A stretch of DNA of 63,998 nt, filler included, from Porpidia crustulata (taxonomy: Eukaryota), in NCBI GenBank assembly GCA_964255105.1. It is 5 parts of 5 records of this genome, joined end to end, with 100 filler letters (N's around TTAATTAATTAA, not from the genome) between each part and the next. Parts side by side here need not be neighbours in the genome. Positions count along the whole stretch, not along the records: positions 1 to 12,976 come from CAXUWE010000469.1; 4 more parts are not named here. One strand, 5' to 3'. A program made the translations under genes and the position numbers. The notes beneath the pieces were generated by a model. It made no database searches. It had not been told where the DNA came from and worked only from the letters and a program-made list of their open reading frames with translations. Position 1 is the first letter of the stretch, and every line of letters begins with the position of its first letter. Of this stretch, positions 1 through 13,076 are shown piece by piece.

Positions 1-2834
1 ACGTACCTCATTCAGAGTGGGGAGGATTTTCATTGTCAAAGCTGACCGGATTATCAACGGGATTGCTTCGCTGTCGTTCCACAAGCCTTCCTTGGTATCT
101 CCAACGATTTGCCCGATCCGTAACACATGCGCCTGCGCCCCTACATCGACAGCCGCGTTCCGGACCATATGCTCGGCCACGAGTTTCGAACGCGCGTATC
201 CCATCGGCAACGCAGATCTAAGGTCCTCGATGGGTGCTTCGGGAATGATGGCGGGCGGAGGTGTAGCCAAAGCGACGGAGGTGGAGGAGCAAAAGTAGAA
301 TTGGGCTGGGGTGGAGGTGCGCACGGATTGAGCGAAGTTGATGAGGTTCTGGACGCCGCGGATGTGCTGGTGCTCGAAGCTGCGGATACCGAGGGTGAAG
401 TTGACGGCCCAGGCGCTGTGGATGATGAGGGTTGCTTCGGATAGAATTTCGCTGAGGGTTGGTTCGGGGAGACCGAGATCGGGGCGGCTTAGGTCGCTTG
501 TTAAGACTGTCACGTTCGGATGCAAGGGGATGGTCAATTTGCGTTGCTGGAGAGCTTGAAGAATTCGTGAAAGCGGATCAGGACCACGACAGAGGCAGTA
601 GACTTTGTGGATGTTGGGACGGTCAAGGAGTTGGGCGAGGATGTGTGCTCCGAGGGATCCAGTTGCGCCGGTGAGTACCTTGTATGGTCAGTATTGATGT
701 GAGATACATATCCAGGTATACATACTACCACATGTCCTTTGGGAGTTGGAGCGGAGCCAGGGATGTGTCTTATGAACGTTGAATAATTCTTGATCATCGC
801 AACCATCGTCTCTGTTTCATCTTCATCGAGCGTATTGGAATTGGACTGAAGCGCACAAAGATATTCTGCCAAACGGGCCACGTTGGAGGTATCAAAGACG
901 ACATTCTGACCGAGCTGTTTGCCATTCCCACCCAAGTCCAGCTCTTTCAATATTAGTCCTCTCATCTGAATAGCTTGGAGGCTGTTGACGCCAGCGGCAA
1001 AGAAGTCGCCGTGGACACTCGATAAAATCACTCCAAGGTGCTCTTCGAAAGCCTTCTTGAGGTATTCCATCATTCCCTCAAGATCAAGCGTGAGAGTACC
1101 CGTCTCTTGGTTCTCGAGTCTCGTGTACACATCTTCGATTTCATTCGAAAAAGCCCGATACACTTGAACCCGTTTGATGCTATCCTTGTCTGTTCGTGGA
1201 TAATCAATCCCAGCCGGTAGTGGAACCATGGTCTCTTTGCTAATTTGAGAGAAGCTCTCGGCATGGGAATTAGCATGCTTTACGGTAGGCCAGATGGAAT
1301 CTATGAACTCCGTGTCTGCCAGATCTTTCGCTGCGTCTGAGCGAAATACGAGCAGACCAGGGATCGACTTGCCGGCACCAAAGACGACGGCTTCTTTGAT
1401 CAGCGGGTCCTCCATCACACGCCCTTCTATCGCCAACGGCAAAACCTTCTCGCCATTCGTCAGTGTCAGTCGATCGTCATGACGCCCAACATGCTTCCAT
1501 GCAAATGGTATGGTGGCATGTGGTATGAACAGATCCTTGGAATGGAAGGATCCCGGTGGGTCATTCGAATTTGACGCAACTAGAGTAGGTAGGCTTTTGA
1601 GAAAAACAGCCTCGAAGGTTCCGTCTTCCAATGGCTTCATCCAAAGATGGTCCCTTACAAAGGGTAGTATTCGAATGTAATCCCATGATTCATCTCCTTT
1701 GGGACGATCGTACGAGTTTCCTAGACCACCAATCTCGGTTCTAGACCCGTATGAGTATCCGTTCTCCAACTAAGTACGTTCAAAACAAAGAACTCACGCT
1801 CCCCAGAAGTTCTCGAGATTGATGCCTTCGCCAACCAACCGATTGCCGAGTGCATCAGGGCATCCACTGCCGGAGAATACAACCTTGGTGCAAGCTTTCA
1901 TTGCATCAATACCAGATTGGGTCTCGGCTAGGAGTTTCAAACTATATGGCACAACGTGCAAATTGTCTGGCCTGATGTGCTTGAGGACCTTGACAATGTA
2001 ATCCCCTGTCACAGGAAGATTCGCATTGTACATGTACACAAGTCTACGCTGATACATTCCATGAACTCCGACCCAATTGCCGTAGCCATGGAACCAGGGA
2101 AACGTATTAAACTCCACTTTCCCTTTGAATTGAGGAGTCTTATTCATCAAACGCTGGTGAGTCAAATAGATGGGTTTGGGTAGACCTGTTGACCCCGACG
2201 AATGCAATATTACGGCGACGCTTGATCGATCTATATCGACGCGAGCGACAGGCGACTCATCCCGGCCTGGTTTGTCAAAGTCATCGCGGCGTACAAATGG
2301 CACCGATTTGGTTGGGCGTTCTTGTTGAACTTGAGTCATCAGTAATATCACCTGCTTTGATCTCCCAGGAAGCACAGTATCACATCCAGTCTCGTCTAGT
2401 AGGGCGATACAAGCACTTGGTGCCAGCCTATTGGAAAGACATAGAGTGGCATAGCCTAATCTGCTCAAAGCAAAGAAGGTAATCACATAGGCAAGATCGG
2501 TTGAGGCTAGAAGAGCCACGACTTTACCATTGACCTTGGTTTCATATTAATTTCACTGTCATTTAAAAGGTGAAAATCATCTACTCACTGGACCAAGCCC
2601 GCAATTAACATAATATTTAGCTGCTTGATCAATGAAGCGATCTAGAGTCTGGCCTCCGAATTCTTCATAATCGAGTATCCCTGTTTCCGACTTGGGGAAC
2701 GCCAATAACGGAACTTGATCTTTGTCAGCTGCTCTCTGACGTATCAGGTCATCTAGTATCAATATTTCGGTGGGTTCAATAGATGCATGTTCATGCCTGT
2801 TGGTGACAGATATTGAAGTAGCGTGAGGGGCCAT
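1..2834 (-). CDS. NRPS-like enzyme, A-T-R architecture (carboxylic-acid-reductase type); 3' end runs off the window/contig
   Basis: Spliced ORFs 2577-2834, 1794-2519, 534-1769 plus an exon at about 7-678 read manually. A-domain motifs ILHSSGSTGLPKPI, FWGA/TEIG, SKDLF, GRHDD, NGEKV. Carrier motif DFFAAGVNSL. Reductase motifs VLTGATGSLG, IIHSAWAVNF, GYARSK, LRIGQIVG. Donor GTACGT at 6-1. Confidence 0.92.
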
Positions 2835-4146
2835 GTTTTATTCAATCCTTATGTCTAAGGTAACTTGAATTGAGCTATCTCCTCCTTGTCGAATAAATTA
2901 CGGTGCAAGAATGGAGCTTCAATGAGAATAGATGACTAAAGAATAGGTGTTAGAGTATCATTCAGGATGGATATCTATTGGACAACTACAGGGCAGGTAA
3001 ACAGCATATCATAGAGTGGATGAACTGACCCAAAAAGGTGATCAGATGATAAGTCGGGTAGGCAAGTAGTGTATTAAAAAATTGCTATGACACAGACGGC
3101 ATAGCATGACATGCATGTGGCATGAGATCCAAGTGTGGTAAAAGAGGCTTCAGTGCTATACACCACGCTGCGATGGTAGCATCAATAGGTCAATATGTCA
3201 ATATTGATGGATGAGAAAAATGCTGGGCGGCAATCCCGGACGTCATGTACAAAAGCGGAGAAAGTAAGATCCTTCAAGATGCCTAAATACATGCTGAGGA
3301 GGGGTAACAAGCCAGTAATGATACTGTGCATAATACCAAAAAGAATCCGCCCTGTAGAGGTAAATTATCAGGGAAGGGAGGTCTCTTCGTATCTGAATTC
3401 TGTCAAAGAGAACCACAAAGCCTGCTGGCACCCTTTGAGGATAAAATAAAGTATTTGACCTGTAGTGGACGCAGCCCAAACAGATTTTCACGCGCGCAAG
3501 GTTCGCCTCCAGCCCTGTGAGATCTCGATATGCTAGCCAGATCAGGTCCGGTCCACACACCTACTCATCTCTCATTGACTCGAGACAATTCTTCCTGAAA
3601 AGACAGCGGTGATGGCTCGTATCAGAGAAATCCATAAAGCGTAATTAAAAAGCGATCTATATCAATTGTTGCCCGCCAAATCTTCATGTGAGATGAGACT
3701 AGACCGTGTCAGCACTCTCTCGCGCTATCCGATAATGTCTGATTTCTACCGAAAAGCGTCTTGCCTGACACGTAAGACCTGTATCCGGTTCTCGCAAGTC
3801 ACCGAGGTTCCTGAAGCCCTGCCTGGAATGATAAGACATCAGCGAGCGAATACTCGAGGGAAAGTTACCAAGGCATGAAGATTCCAGGATCGATTGTCTA
3901 TGATATGCGGCTACAGTGCCCTTGATTTGCAAGAGATGTTGAAGGAACTGATTTTAAGTGATGGTAGAGTGATAACCTCACAAAGCGCGCGTACATCACT
4001 ACTACCAGCGTAATTGTTATAACGAATCATTGTACATCGATTGAAATTCCAATATGATATTCTATTCTCTCCTTTCCACTGCTAGATTCATCGATAGCGT
4101 GCGGGAACCAGCCCATCAATTTCAGAAACTATATTCCTCGAGATGC

Positions 4147-5460
4147 TCAAGAAGGATCAGAGTTTGCCGGCTGAGCCGTGGTCAACCGATCAAAGTTGTC
4201 CGTAAGTGCCTTGACAGAAACGCCGAGGGATTTGCGCCATCGACGAGAACGTGGCCACGATATAGGCCGGTTGGAGTCGGTGATTAGGATTTGATTGATC
4301 GTGTCGCTACAGGTCACCTTTTTACCCTGGGCGGCGAACACTCGGCTGGCAAGAATCCAAGACGATCTCAAATTGAACGATTGGCCTGAAAGCCGGGCCT
4401 GTTGCTTGGTGTTAAAGACCCCTAGCTGCTCATGCTTTCTGTTTTGCGGCTCGGCTGTTTCTGGACTGAGGCTCCGGACCATTTCTGTGGTTGTGGATCC
4501 TTGTGGCACGCTAGTCAGGCCGATATCCTTCTTGACTGCCGGAAGGACAAAAGCCCTGTCGAGAGCGTCCGGTCTTTCAGATAAAGAGCTGATTGCTAAG
4601 CGCTGCTTCTTAAGAGATAGATGTCCTGATAGCCGCTTCCGCTTACTGAGATATTTAGTATTGGGAAAGTTGTCATCGTCCGCAAGGTCTTCACGAAGAC
4701 GATGTGCTTCAAGGTGTTCCACGGCGGCCTCGGAGGAACTCTCTCTAGTCCCAGACCTATCCATCCTCTTTTTAGCCCGGTAATTTCGGTCCGTATCGAG
4801 TCTTGTTTTGGCATCGTTTGATTCCTGATCGGTAAGGCTCTCGACGCTGGGAGTAACCCCAGGCTCGACCAAAGTACTGATATTGGAAATTGTGGACAGC
4901 TGGGGCATAGAGTAATTCGATCGTTCGTCGCTCTTAAGATGTTGTCTGTTCTTAACTCGTCGTAATACGTGCAGCCCCTTCGGAGGAGACGACGGATTGG
5001 GTTTGGGTAGGCGGAGGTCTTTGTCTAAACGCAATTTCAGGCCATACTCCTTCTCCAGCTTCATCATCCGCGCTTTATACCTTTTCTTTACATCACACAT
5101 CTGCCTTTGCAAATTCTGGATGTCGACTTGATTCTCATCGATTAAGCTCTGCTGGTCATTTGTCACGATTAGATGGCCAGATTCTTCAGCCGTAGCTTCG
5201 TCTGGAGCGATGGTACAACGTGCGAGGATTTCAATAAAGGAGTATCTTTGATCCGTAGCCTGGGGAGGTGGCGGTTCCTGCCCAGTAGCCAGGGTGATAT
5301 ATATGTTTGGCATATTCGTCGGTTCCTCTTCACAACCTTCATCGTAGCTAATGGTGTCGAAGCTTCTGCCAAGAAATCCAAGTTGTGTTATCGCTGCAGG
5401 ATCTACCACATAAGGATTTGGAAGCCTAAGCTTTGAAGGATTAGTCGGATAAAGGTGCAT
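4147..5460 (-). CDS. Hypothetical protein (437-aa uninterrupted ORF, charged/low-complexity, coiled-coil-like segment); possibly the 3' part of the Zn-cluster-like gene upstream
   Basis: Long open frame with basic clusters (SKRKRL, LKKQRL); no family recognised. Confidence 0.5.
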   Translation of the reverse strand: MHLYPTNPSKLRLPNPYVVDPAAITQLGFLGRSFDTISYDEGCEEEPTNMPNIYITLATGQEPPPPQATDQRYSFIEILARCTIAPDEATAEESGHLIVTNDQQSLIDENQVDIQNLQRQMCDVKKRYKARMMKLEKEYGLKLRLDKDLRLPKPNPSSPPKGLHVLRRVKNRQHLKSDERSNYSMPQLSTISNISTLVEPGVTPSVESLTDQESNDAKTRLDTDRNYRAKKRMDRSGTRESSSEAAVEHLEAHRLREDLADDDNFPNTKYLSKRKRLSGHLSLKKQRLAISSLSERPDALDRAFVLPAVKKDIGLTSVPQGSTTTEMVRSLSPETAEPQNRKHEQLGVFNTKQQARLSGQSFNLRSSWILASRVFAAQGKKVTCSDTINQILITDSNRPISWPRSRRWRKSLGVSVKALTDNFDRLTTAQPANSDPS

Positions 5461-6017
5461 CGGCTAGGATATGAAGAATCAAGAGAAGAGTGAATAAAGG
5501 TGTTGCTGGCTCAGATAAAGATAGTTAAAGAACCGAGAAACCATGGATGGCATGGCTCTCGGTGAATAGACAGACTGATCAACTCCGAGTCAGAGGATTC
5601 AGACAGCTAATTTCTGTTTGTGTTGTAGTCGAAGCGACAAGAATGTTTGTTCGGGCATTTTAATCGCTGGTCGAAATGTGGAGGTTGCAGTAGGAAGATA
5701 AGCAAGATACATACCGGGATAGACCACGGTTCCTGACCACAGCTGAGAGAGTCAACTCCTCGGAAAACGCGGCCAAGGTTGAACGCAACAAGCGATATTT
5801 GCTTGAAGAATTGGCCTTTGTTTCGTGAGGAGTCGAGAAATATACTGAGCTCTTCAAATATCTTGTGGAATAGTGTGCACGCTTTGTAAGTAAGCTGTCG
5901 AAGGAATTCGAACATAACGAAGGAGCTCGCGGAAATCTTCCACAGTCTCGAGCCTAGCATGCAGGACTTTGGGGTTCGTAGAGGCATGATACAAGCAAGA
6001 AACCGACGGCAATGGCA

Positions 6018-7102
6018 CTATGCAACATTAGCGATGCAAGCTTGCGCAATAGAGACTCTTACTTCAAACGATACCAGGCTCTTTGGACCTGTTTCGGATT
6101 CGTTGGAAATAGCCCTGTTGACATTTGGAACTATCATATCAACAATGTTGTCTAGATCTTGATTGTCTTCACAGAAGGGATCGTTGCCACGGAAGCTGTG
6201 TAGATCCACCGCGCAGACTTGAGCGTTAGGGACCGAGCTTTGAGACTGGACTGATGTTTGATTTGCTGAAGGTTTGGAGATGTCTAAGTTCATTTTAAGC
6301 TTGAAGATTGACTGCTTCAAAAGAACGCTGTCGAGTGATAGTGATGTATTTGCTGGGGCTACCGTTGCAGTGCTGAGCCAGGATTCTACATGAGATTAGG
6401 TACAGAGATTTGTTACGCAAAAGCTATCAACTTACGTGTCTGTATTAGCTGAGGTATATCAATGGGGCCCCTGCAGTAGAGTGACTTGCTGGCACAATAA
6501 TTGCAACACAGCTGGCCTTCCTGGGTAACGCACTAAGAATTGGCTTGTCAGGGCTGTCCTGTAAGGAGGCTTTGGGACGTATACCTTTCGCCTAAAAGAA
6601 CACGACGTACAACTTCTTCGACTCTTGTCTTTGCCCAGGGTTTCTGCTTGAGGCCTGTAGTGGACAAAAGTTAAAGTAGCATTGTTCTTTTGGTCAGCAG
6701 CGCTCTGCAGAGGCTGCTGGGTGCTTTGGCAAAGAGCTGTCAAATTTGCGCGGCCATCGGTAGTGAAGCTGGATCCAGGTGCACCGGAGACCGACCCTGC
6801 CTGGAGGTAAATGCCTTGATTTTAGTCAGGTGGCAATAGTACAGGACTATAGCTATGCTCACTAGAAGTGTGTTTGTCTGATGCGAGGGCGCTGGAAGTG
6901 CAATTGATGAGGGTTCGAAAGAAGCATCTTCATAGAACCCATTTGTAAAAGTTTGAGACAAGTTGTCATTGTAGTTTGGGATAATGTCAGATAGATGCAT
7001 ATCGGGCGTATCAAGGCTATCAGGCCATGTAGTTGGAAACAAGGAAGCGTCATCAGCGGCCTCTGGTGTACTCCAGTAGTCGTTGAAAGATCTTTCGACC
7101 AT
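6018..7102 (-). CDS. Multi-exon fragment with a Zn(II)2Cys6-like motif (putative transcription factor, may be degenerate)
   Basis: Removing a GTATAC...CTGAC...TTAG intron (about 6585-6533) joins RRSCTSCSFRRK to CVTQEGQLCCNYCASKSLYC. The next intron (GTAAGT...CTAAT...TAG) joins in frame to ORF 6018-6320. The first intron phase and the link to 4147-5460 are not resolved. Confidence 0.45.
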
Positions 7103-10100
7103 AGCTAAATCAATTTCTGATTAATTATCGACAGACGGGCAAGTTAACACAGCACAGATTTTCAGTATCTTTGCGATGGTTGACACATCGAAAATAACGA
7201 ATGAGGAATATAGCTGAATATATAGAGACCAAAATTATCGAACAAGTGTGATACGCGAAATGGTTGTAGCGTTGAAATGATCTGGAGGTTCCGTGTATGT
7301 AGTAGGAATCACCACAACATTGTAAATAGGACGGAACGAGCCTGTTGACAAACAAGCCAAGGTACCTGGGCAGCACCGAGATAGATCATGTAAGCAGCAC
7401 GCACACGCAGGCAGAGGCACCCCCATCATCATTGGGAGCTCCCTGATGTTGGACGAATGAGATACCTTCCCAGCTGTGTTTTTCTCTTCAGTCACTGAGC
7501 CTCGTCGATGCACACCTGCAACGCGCCTGCATATTATCGGGACACGTGACTGAGAACATAGCCTCAACCGGTCTAGCTCCTTTGGAAATGATCCAATCGA
7601 GTAGAATTCCTAGGTCAGGACGACTTCCATACCTTGATGTGCCTGAACTCCATTGAGTCAATTTCGTACTACAGAAAATCTCCGACAGAGGTACGTAAAT
7701 TTGTAACGTGGTCTAGGTTGTGATCTCTGTGCCTGATTAGGAAATTTCGCGCCTCAGAGAATGCTTGAAAGAGACGATTCCAGCAGGCCTCTGACCGAAA
7801 GTACCAATTTCCAGACATATGTGTCACTTTGACATCTTTACGATGCATGCTATAAAGCCTGGCTGATGTCGAAGATCGGGCAAGTCGTGGAGACTGCTAT
7901 TAAGAGTCATTCTGGACAGTTGGCTTTCCCAAGAAACTCTCTGAACTTGAAATTCACTCAGTGAGAAGTCCTAATACCTCATCTTGGATATCCCGCCAGT
8001 ACTGGAAACTATCGTACATATATTCTCAGCAGCTGAATTGTGTACATGACCCGACATTGTATGATGACGTTAGTTGATCTTATATTCAGCCAGTCACCGG
8101 CTCAGGCTGATGTTTTCGAAGCACTTCCAATTCCGGACAAACTTTTAGAGTAACCTTCTCAGCGACGAATGGCACAGTTGCCCAATTGGAGGCCTCACCG
8201 AAGTCACTCGCCCTGGGGCGGTATGTCCGAAAACATGATCAATACCAAGCCTTCTTGGCAGGACATGGTCAGGAAAACTTTGATAGGAAACAGTTGACAA
8301 GCCAGAAGCTGGAAGCGTGGAACGTCACCTGGAAGCGTTTGGCTGGTAGTAGTGACGGTGCATAAGGTACAAAAACGCTACAGTCAATACCTCATCAATG
8401 AAATGACTGACGCACTGATTGACAGGCGTAACGTCCTGCAAATAGTGTATTTGGGTTGCTACGAGAGGTCAGCAATACGCACGACTGCCGCCCTAGAGAC
8501 TCTATACAGAGTGAGCGTTTGTCGAATACACAGATATTACTTCACGGGCTTGATATTGCTTGGAAAGCGGACTGTCAAAGGCGCATCTCCAGTGCTGGCA
8601 TGTAGAAATCTGGATCTGTGACATTTGAAGCTGGAGCTGAGACGTGAAAGCCCCGTCTTTGACCGTTCATTGGTATTTCTTTGCTAGAGATTGCGATGAT
8701 AGTAGATATATTTCTCTTTAGATATTTTAAGCTTCCCATTTGAGGAATGTAATCTCGTACGTAGTCGAAATCAGAACAACAGAATGGTCAAAGAGACAGA
8801 GCCAGAGCCAGAGGTCCAGAGCAATGTATTTAGAGTACTATCTTCTCAGTCATTCCATTGAACAATCCTTACTGCATGGGTTGCTCATGAATAGGACGCT
8901 CAATCGAAAAGTGTCGGACGCATTGTTTCGAGAATCACGGTATCTGGCGTTTTTCAACGAGGCTTCAAGAGTTGGGTGTGACATTGAATTCGATTTTGAA
9001 AAGATATATGGAGAAATTCGGTTCAACACGATCAATGAAACAAGATATAAAAGAGAATCGAAACCATATTCTTGTTAACGAGCCAATACTTTACTCAAGT
9101 TCAGACACCTTGGCGAGTGTTGTAATATAAGCAATTTTTCTTGGTCAAGAGCCACCACAACTGCAAAGACTATTCTTTGTCTCATGAAGATAATGAAGCG
9201 GTGTCCAGGCGATCCCCTTCCTCGCTGAATTGGGGGCCGTTTAAACTAAAACAACCCACGCTTTGCAATGACTATTTCTATATTCATGCCGTAGGAGCAA
9301 AACAACACAGGCATGAGAACCGCGTTCTGTTCACAACTCGCTCATACTCATAATGTGTATTATCGCGTTTCAGGACTTACGCGCAGGGAAACTGCAGAGG
9401 CGCAGCATCTCCATGGCGCAAGGTTCAAGTAAGGGTTGACCGGTCATACCTGGGTTTGAACCGCTGCTTTTGACGGTGTGTCCAAGGCCGGGTGATCTTA
9501 AAAGAAGCCAGAATGTTAACTGAACCTCTATGGTGATAAGATCCAAATATAACTCTCGGTTAAGATAAAAGACCCGCCATGATACACAGATGCGACACGT
9601 TCATCTATTATGAACTCCATCGTTGAATTGACTGGACCGTCACTCGGAAACATATCGGGCATCTAATCATTGCCAGGCACGGTGCATCAGTTTCTGCAAA
9701 TAATAGTACGTAGGGAGTAGTGTTGTCGCGCCCACGTACGCGTGATACACCACCACGACCACCAAGTGCATTGATCAGCAACTGGCTTCCGACCTGGGGC
9801 TTCTCTCATCTCCTATTTTAGTATCTCACGTATGCTCATGATCAAAGCAAGGCTCTTGGCCTTGGAGTGGTTACACTAAGACAAGCGAACGATGGGATCC
9901 TGATACACATAAGATGTTGTGTAGGATGTATGTGTGTGTATGTATGCTCGGTCCCCGGTAGATGAAAAGAGTTGGTCTCACGGATCACGATGTCCAGTCG
10001 GCTCGAGGGCCAAGGGACTTGCTACTACTCTAGTCGGGACTTCAACAGATGGCTGCAAGGAAGTCCCATGTCTTTCCCCGCATTTTTATCTGCGCAAGAT

Positions 10101-11895
10101 TGTTGAAGCGAATAGCCTCATCCACCAGGGTCCGCGACATGGCTTCGAGGCGCGAATTTGCGATGCTCTAAGGTGATTTGTTTTCCGCCGTCAGGATGAT
10201 TGGAATAGATTGAACGGATTATGATTGTGAGGGTTTTGAGTCGCGAGTTTTAGTAACCGGCGTGATTCGTATTGATACTAGCGGTAATTAAATGGACTCG
10301 ACGCTACTCATTATAGCGACGTATTACCGGTTTTTAGCCCAGCGTCGAATTAGAGGGAGGCGCTTTTGCAGCCCTTGTACCGCCTGTCAAGCCATTTGTG
10401 CATCCGGACCAATCATACCATTGCTAGGCCACACTTTCAAGGGACGACAGCAGAGTGGAGGGAATTGGAGACCCGCCACAAGAGTTCAAGAAGCTACTAC
10501 TGAAGAGGCCAGTACAACGCGAGAGAATGTCGTGCATGAAAAACGAGCAGTACCGGACCCTACCTGAGAGCTCCAAGCACCAGTCGGTGGCCGCTGAGGA
10601 GTCCCTGCCTGCCCATAACATTGGCGATGCATGCTTGGAGGGCTATCCGAAATCATCAGCGAATGTTTCGTGCGTCGGAGACGGAATGTACCAACGCGCC
10701 AACTGGCGGTGAACTCGGAGTGGGGACAGCCGGACCAGGGAAAAGAGGTCTCGATGCTTCTTGGGCTTAATGACACGACCGGTCGCAAGACCCGCAAGTC
10801 TCTGTAGAACTGTGCCGAAGCGAGTATCACTAAGAAGGCCCAAGTCCTGTAGGATTGATGCGTTTACGGGACTGAGGAAAATTTCAAATATCGCAGTGGC
10901 GCTCTTCCGGACTCGTGGCAGTCAGAGTGACAGCCTGCAAGCTATGGTCTTTTAACGACAATGGCGAGTCTACTAGATCCAGATCGCATGAGAGCAGACA
11001 AATACCTTACGACTAAACACAGACGACGATAACAGTGGTTGACTTGCATGTCGGCATGCTGGCCGTCATCATCACAGCCTGGATTGGGTCACTGGGGGCG
11101 CCGACAACGACCTTGAAAGTCAAACCGACCCAGCTGAGGCTTCTAAGCTGATCGGTGTCAGGGCTAGATCTACTCGTGGCCGCCCCGAATGCCCATCTTG
11201 CAGTCTGCTAGATTATCTTATTTGCTTTGCAACCAATCAACGGGCTCGACGGAGCGAGGTAGTGGTTTGATAAAATCCTCCTTGGCAATTGCGTAAAGAT
11301 GGTACCAATACGATACTTGGTGATCCCTGCTACCGAGTAAAATACCACGGTAGCTGGTCGTATGCAAATATTAGGCCCTGGTCATCTTTCATGCCGTCCA
11401 TTTACTCGACTCTCCCGTATTTACCCAAACACTCCATAGAAACTGCTGGCCACCTAACTTGGTCGCTTCCACGACATACTACGAATTCCCTGCCTCTCCC
11501 CACCTCCCAACCGCCTTTTACCACTACTCATAGGTCGAGCTCTCTCATTGACTTCATTTCAAGCTGCGCATCTGTCAGTATTTATCTCTTGACAAGTTCG
11601 TGGTATTTGTGATGGTGATGATCCATTTCTTGAATTGCTTCATCGAAATACCGCTCCTACATACTTGACCTGCTGCCTTCGATTCCGGGCCTCCTCGTTC
11701 CCTCTTCGATTCTTACCAACAGCTGATCATCTGCGTCATTTTCCACTATCCCATATCCGACCCTTCCCCAGATATCGACCCTCAGGTGCTCTCATACGAC
11801 TGAGTACCAGAGTCCAATGAACCCTATCCAGGCGCACCATCGTTATAACAGTCGATAGCGTTTACACATATCATTTCAGAGACAATATTGCAAAG

Positions 11896-12976
11896 ATGGG
11901 AGCCGACGATGGCGCCACCGCCAAACCTATTGCAACAGACACAGCAACCTTTATGTCCATCGCTGCCTTCACCGCAGTCGCATGGTACAATGTGATTGAG
12001 CTGAATGTTCAAGTCTTCCTAACTTTCAAAAGACATCGAGGTCTATACTTCTGGTCGTTGCTGATCTCGAGTTATGGCTGCGTTCTACATTCGCTCGGAT
12101 TTTTGATGAAGTTCTTCCAGCTTACCCACGACCCGTTCTTGTCGGTTACGATCATCACCATTGGATGGTATTGCATGGTCACGGGGCAGGCTATAGTCTT
12201 ATACTCGAGGCTCCATCTGGTGGTTCGGGAGCAAAAGGTGCTGCGAGGCGTTCTGGCGATGATCATCGTGGATGCCTTTTGTTTTCATATACCCACCACG
12301 GTCCTTACCTACGGGTCGAATTCGTCCAATTACGGGAAATTCATAATTCCTTTCAACGCCGTTGAGCGTCTTCAGATGACTGCTTTTTGCATACAAGAGT
12401 TTATTATTTCCGGCATTTACGTCTATTCGACCATTCGACTACTACGCCCGGTATATCACGGCCGTACACGAAAAGTCATGATGCAGCTGATCTGGATTAA
12501 TTCAATCATCATCGCGATGGATATCGTTCTCCTGGGCATGGAATACTCATCCAACTACGAGATTGAAGCCACCCTAAAGGCGATGGTGTACAGTATAAAG
12601 CTGAAACTGGAATTTGCTGTCCTCAACCAACTGATGACTCTGGCCAACTCTTCGGTGAACAACGCACAAAACCTGAACATACCTGACGCGGAAGCTCAGG
12701 TTCCCGGCAAAGCACGCAAGGGACGTTCCAAATCTCTAGATTATCTATCGCGCTTCCACTACCCACGTCTCTCCAACAAACCGCCCAAACCCCCGCCCAA
12801 ATCACCCTCCATGGAGAAGAAATCCCCAAACCCATCAAACCAAAGCATAGTAAGCCACAAACAATCCTCATCCTTCACATCCAGCAACCGCGGTCACGTC
12901 AAATGGATCCCCTCCCTTGACCGAAACTGCGTCGTCAACACCGAACACATTGAACATGCCAACGATCCCCTCAACG
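11896..12976 (+). CDS. Fungal multi-pass integral membrane protein (about 6-7 hydrophobic segments); C-terminus truncated at contig end
   Basis: ORF with YNVIEL...FKRHRGLYFWSLL, MVTGQAIVLYSRLHLV, FCIQEFIISGIY, YSIKLKLEFAVLNQL, a pattern typical of a widespread fungal membrane family. Confidence 0.8.
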
Positions 12977-13076
12977 NNNNNNNNNNNNNNNNNNNNNNNN
13001 NNNNNNNNNNNNNNNNNNNNTTAATTAATTAANNNNNNNNNNNNNNNNNNNNNNNNNNNNNNNNNNNNNNNNNNNN
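12977..13076. other. Artificial contig spacer
   Basis: 44 N + TTAATTAATTAA (stops in all six frames) + 44 N. Confidence 0.98.

Noticed and set aside
17..674. Plus-strand ORFs at the window start
   Set aside because: Antisense shadows of the NRPS-like reductase exon on the minus strand.
7125..11820. Many 60-115 aa ORFs in the long interval between the Zn-cluster-like fragment and the membrane protein
   Set aside because: No recognisable motifs or consistent exon chain. They could be old gene relics, but I cannot support that by eye.
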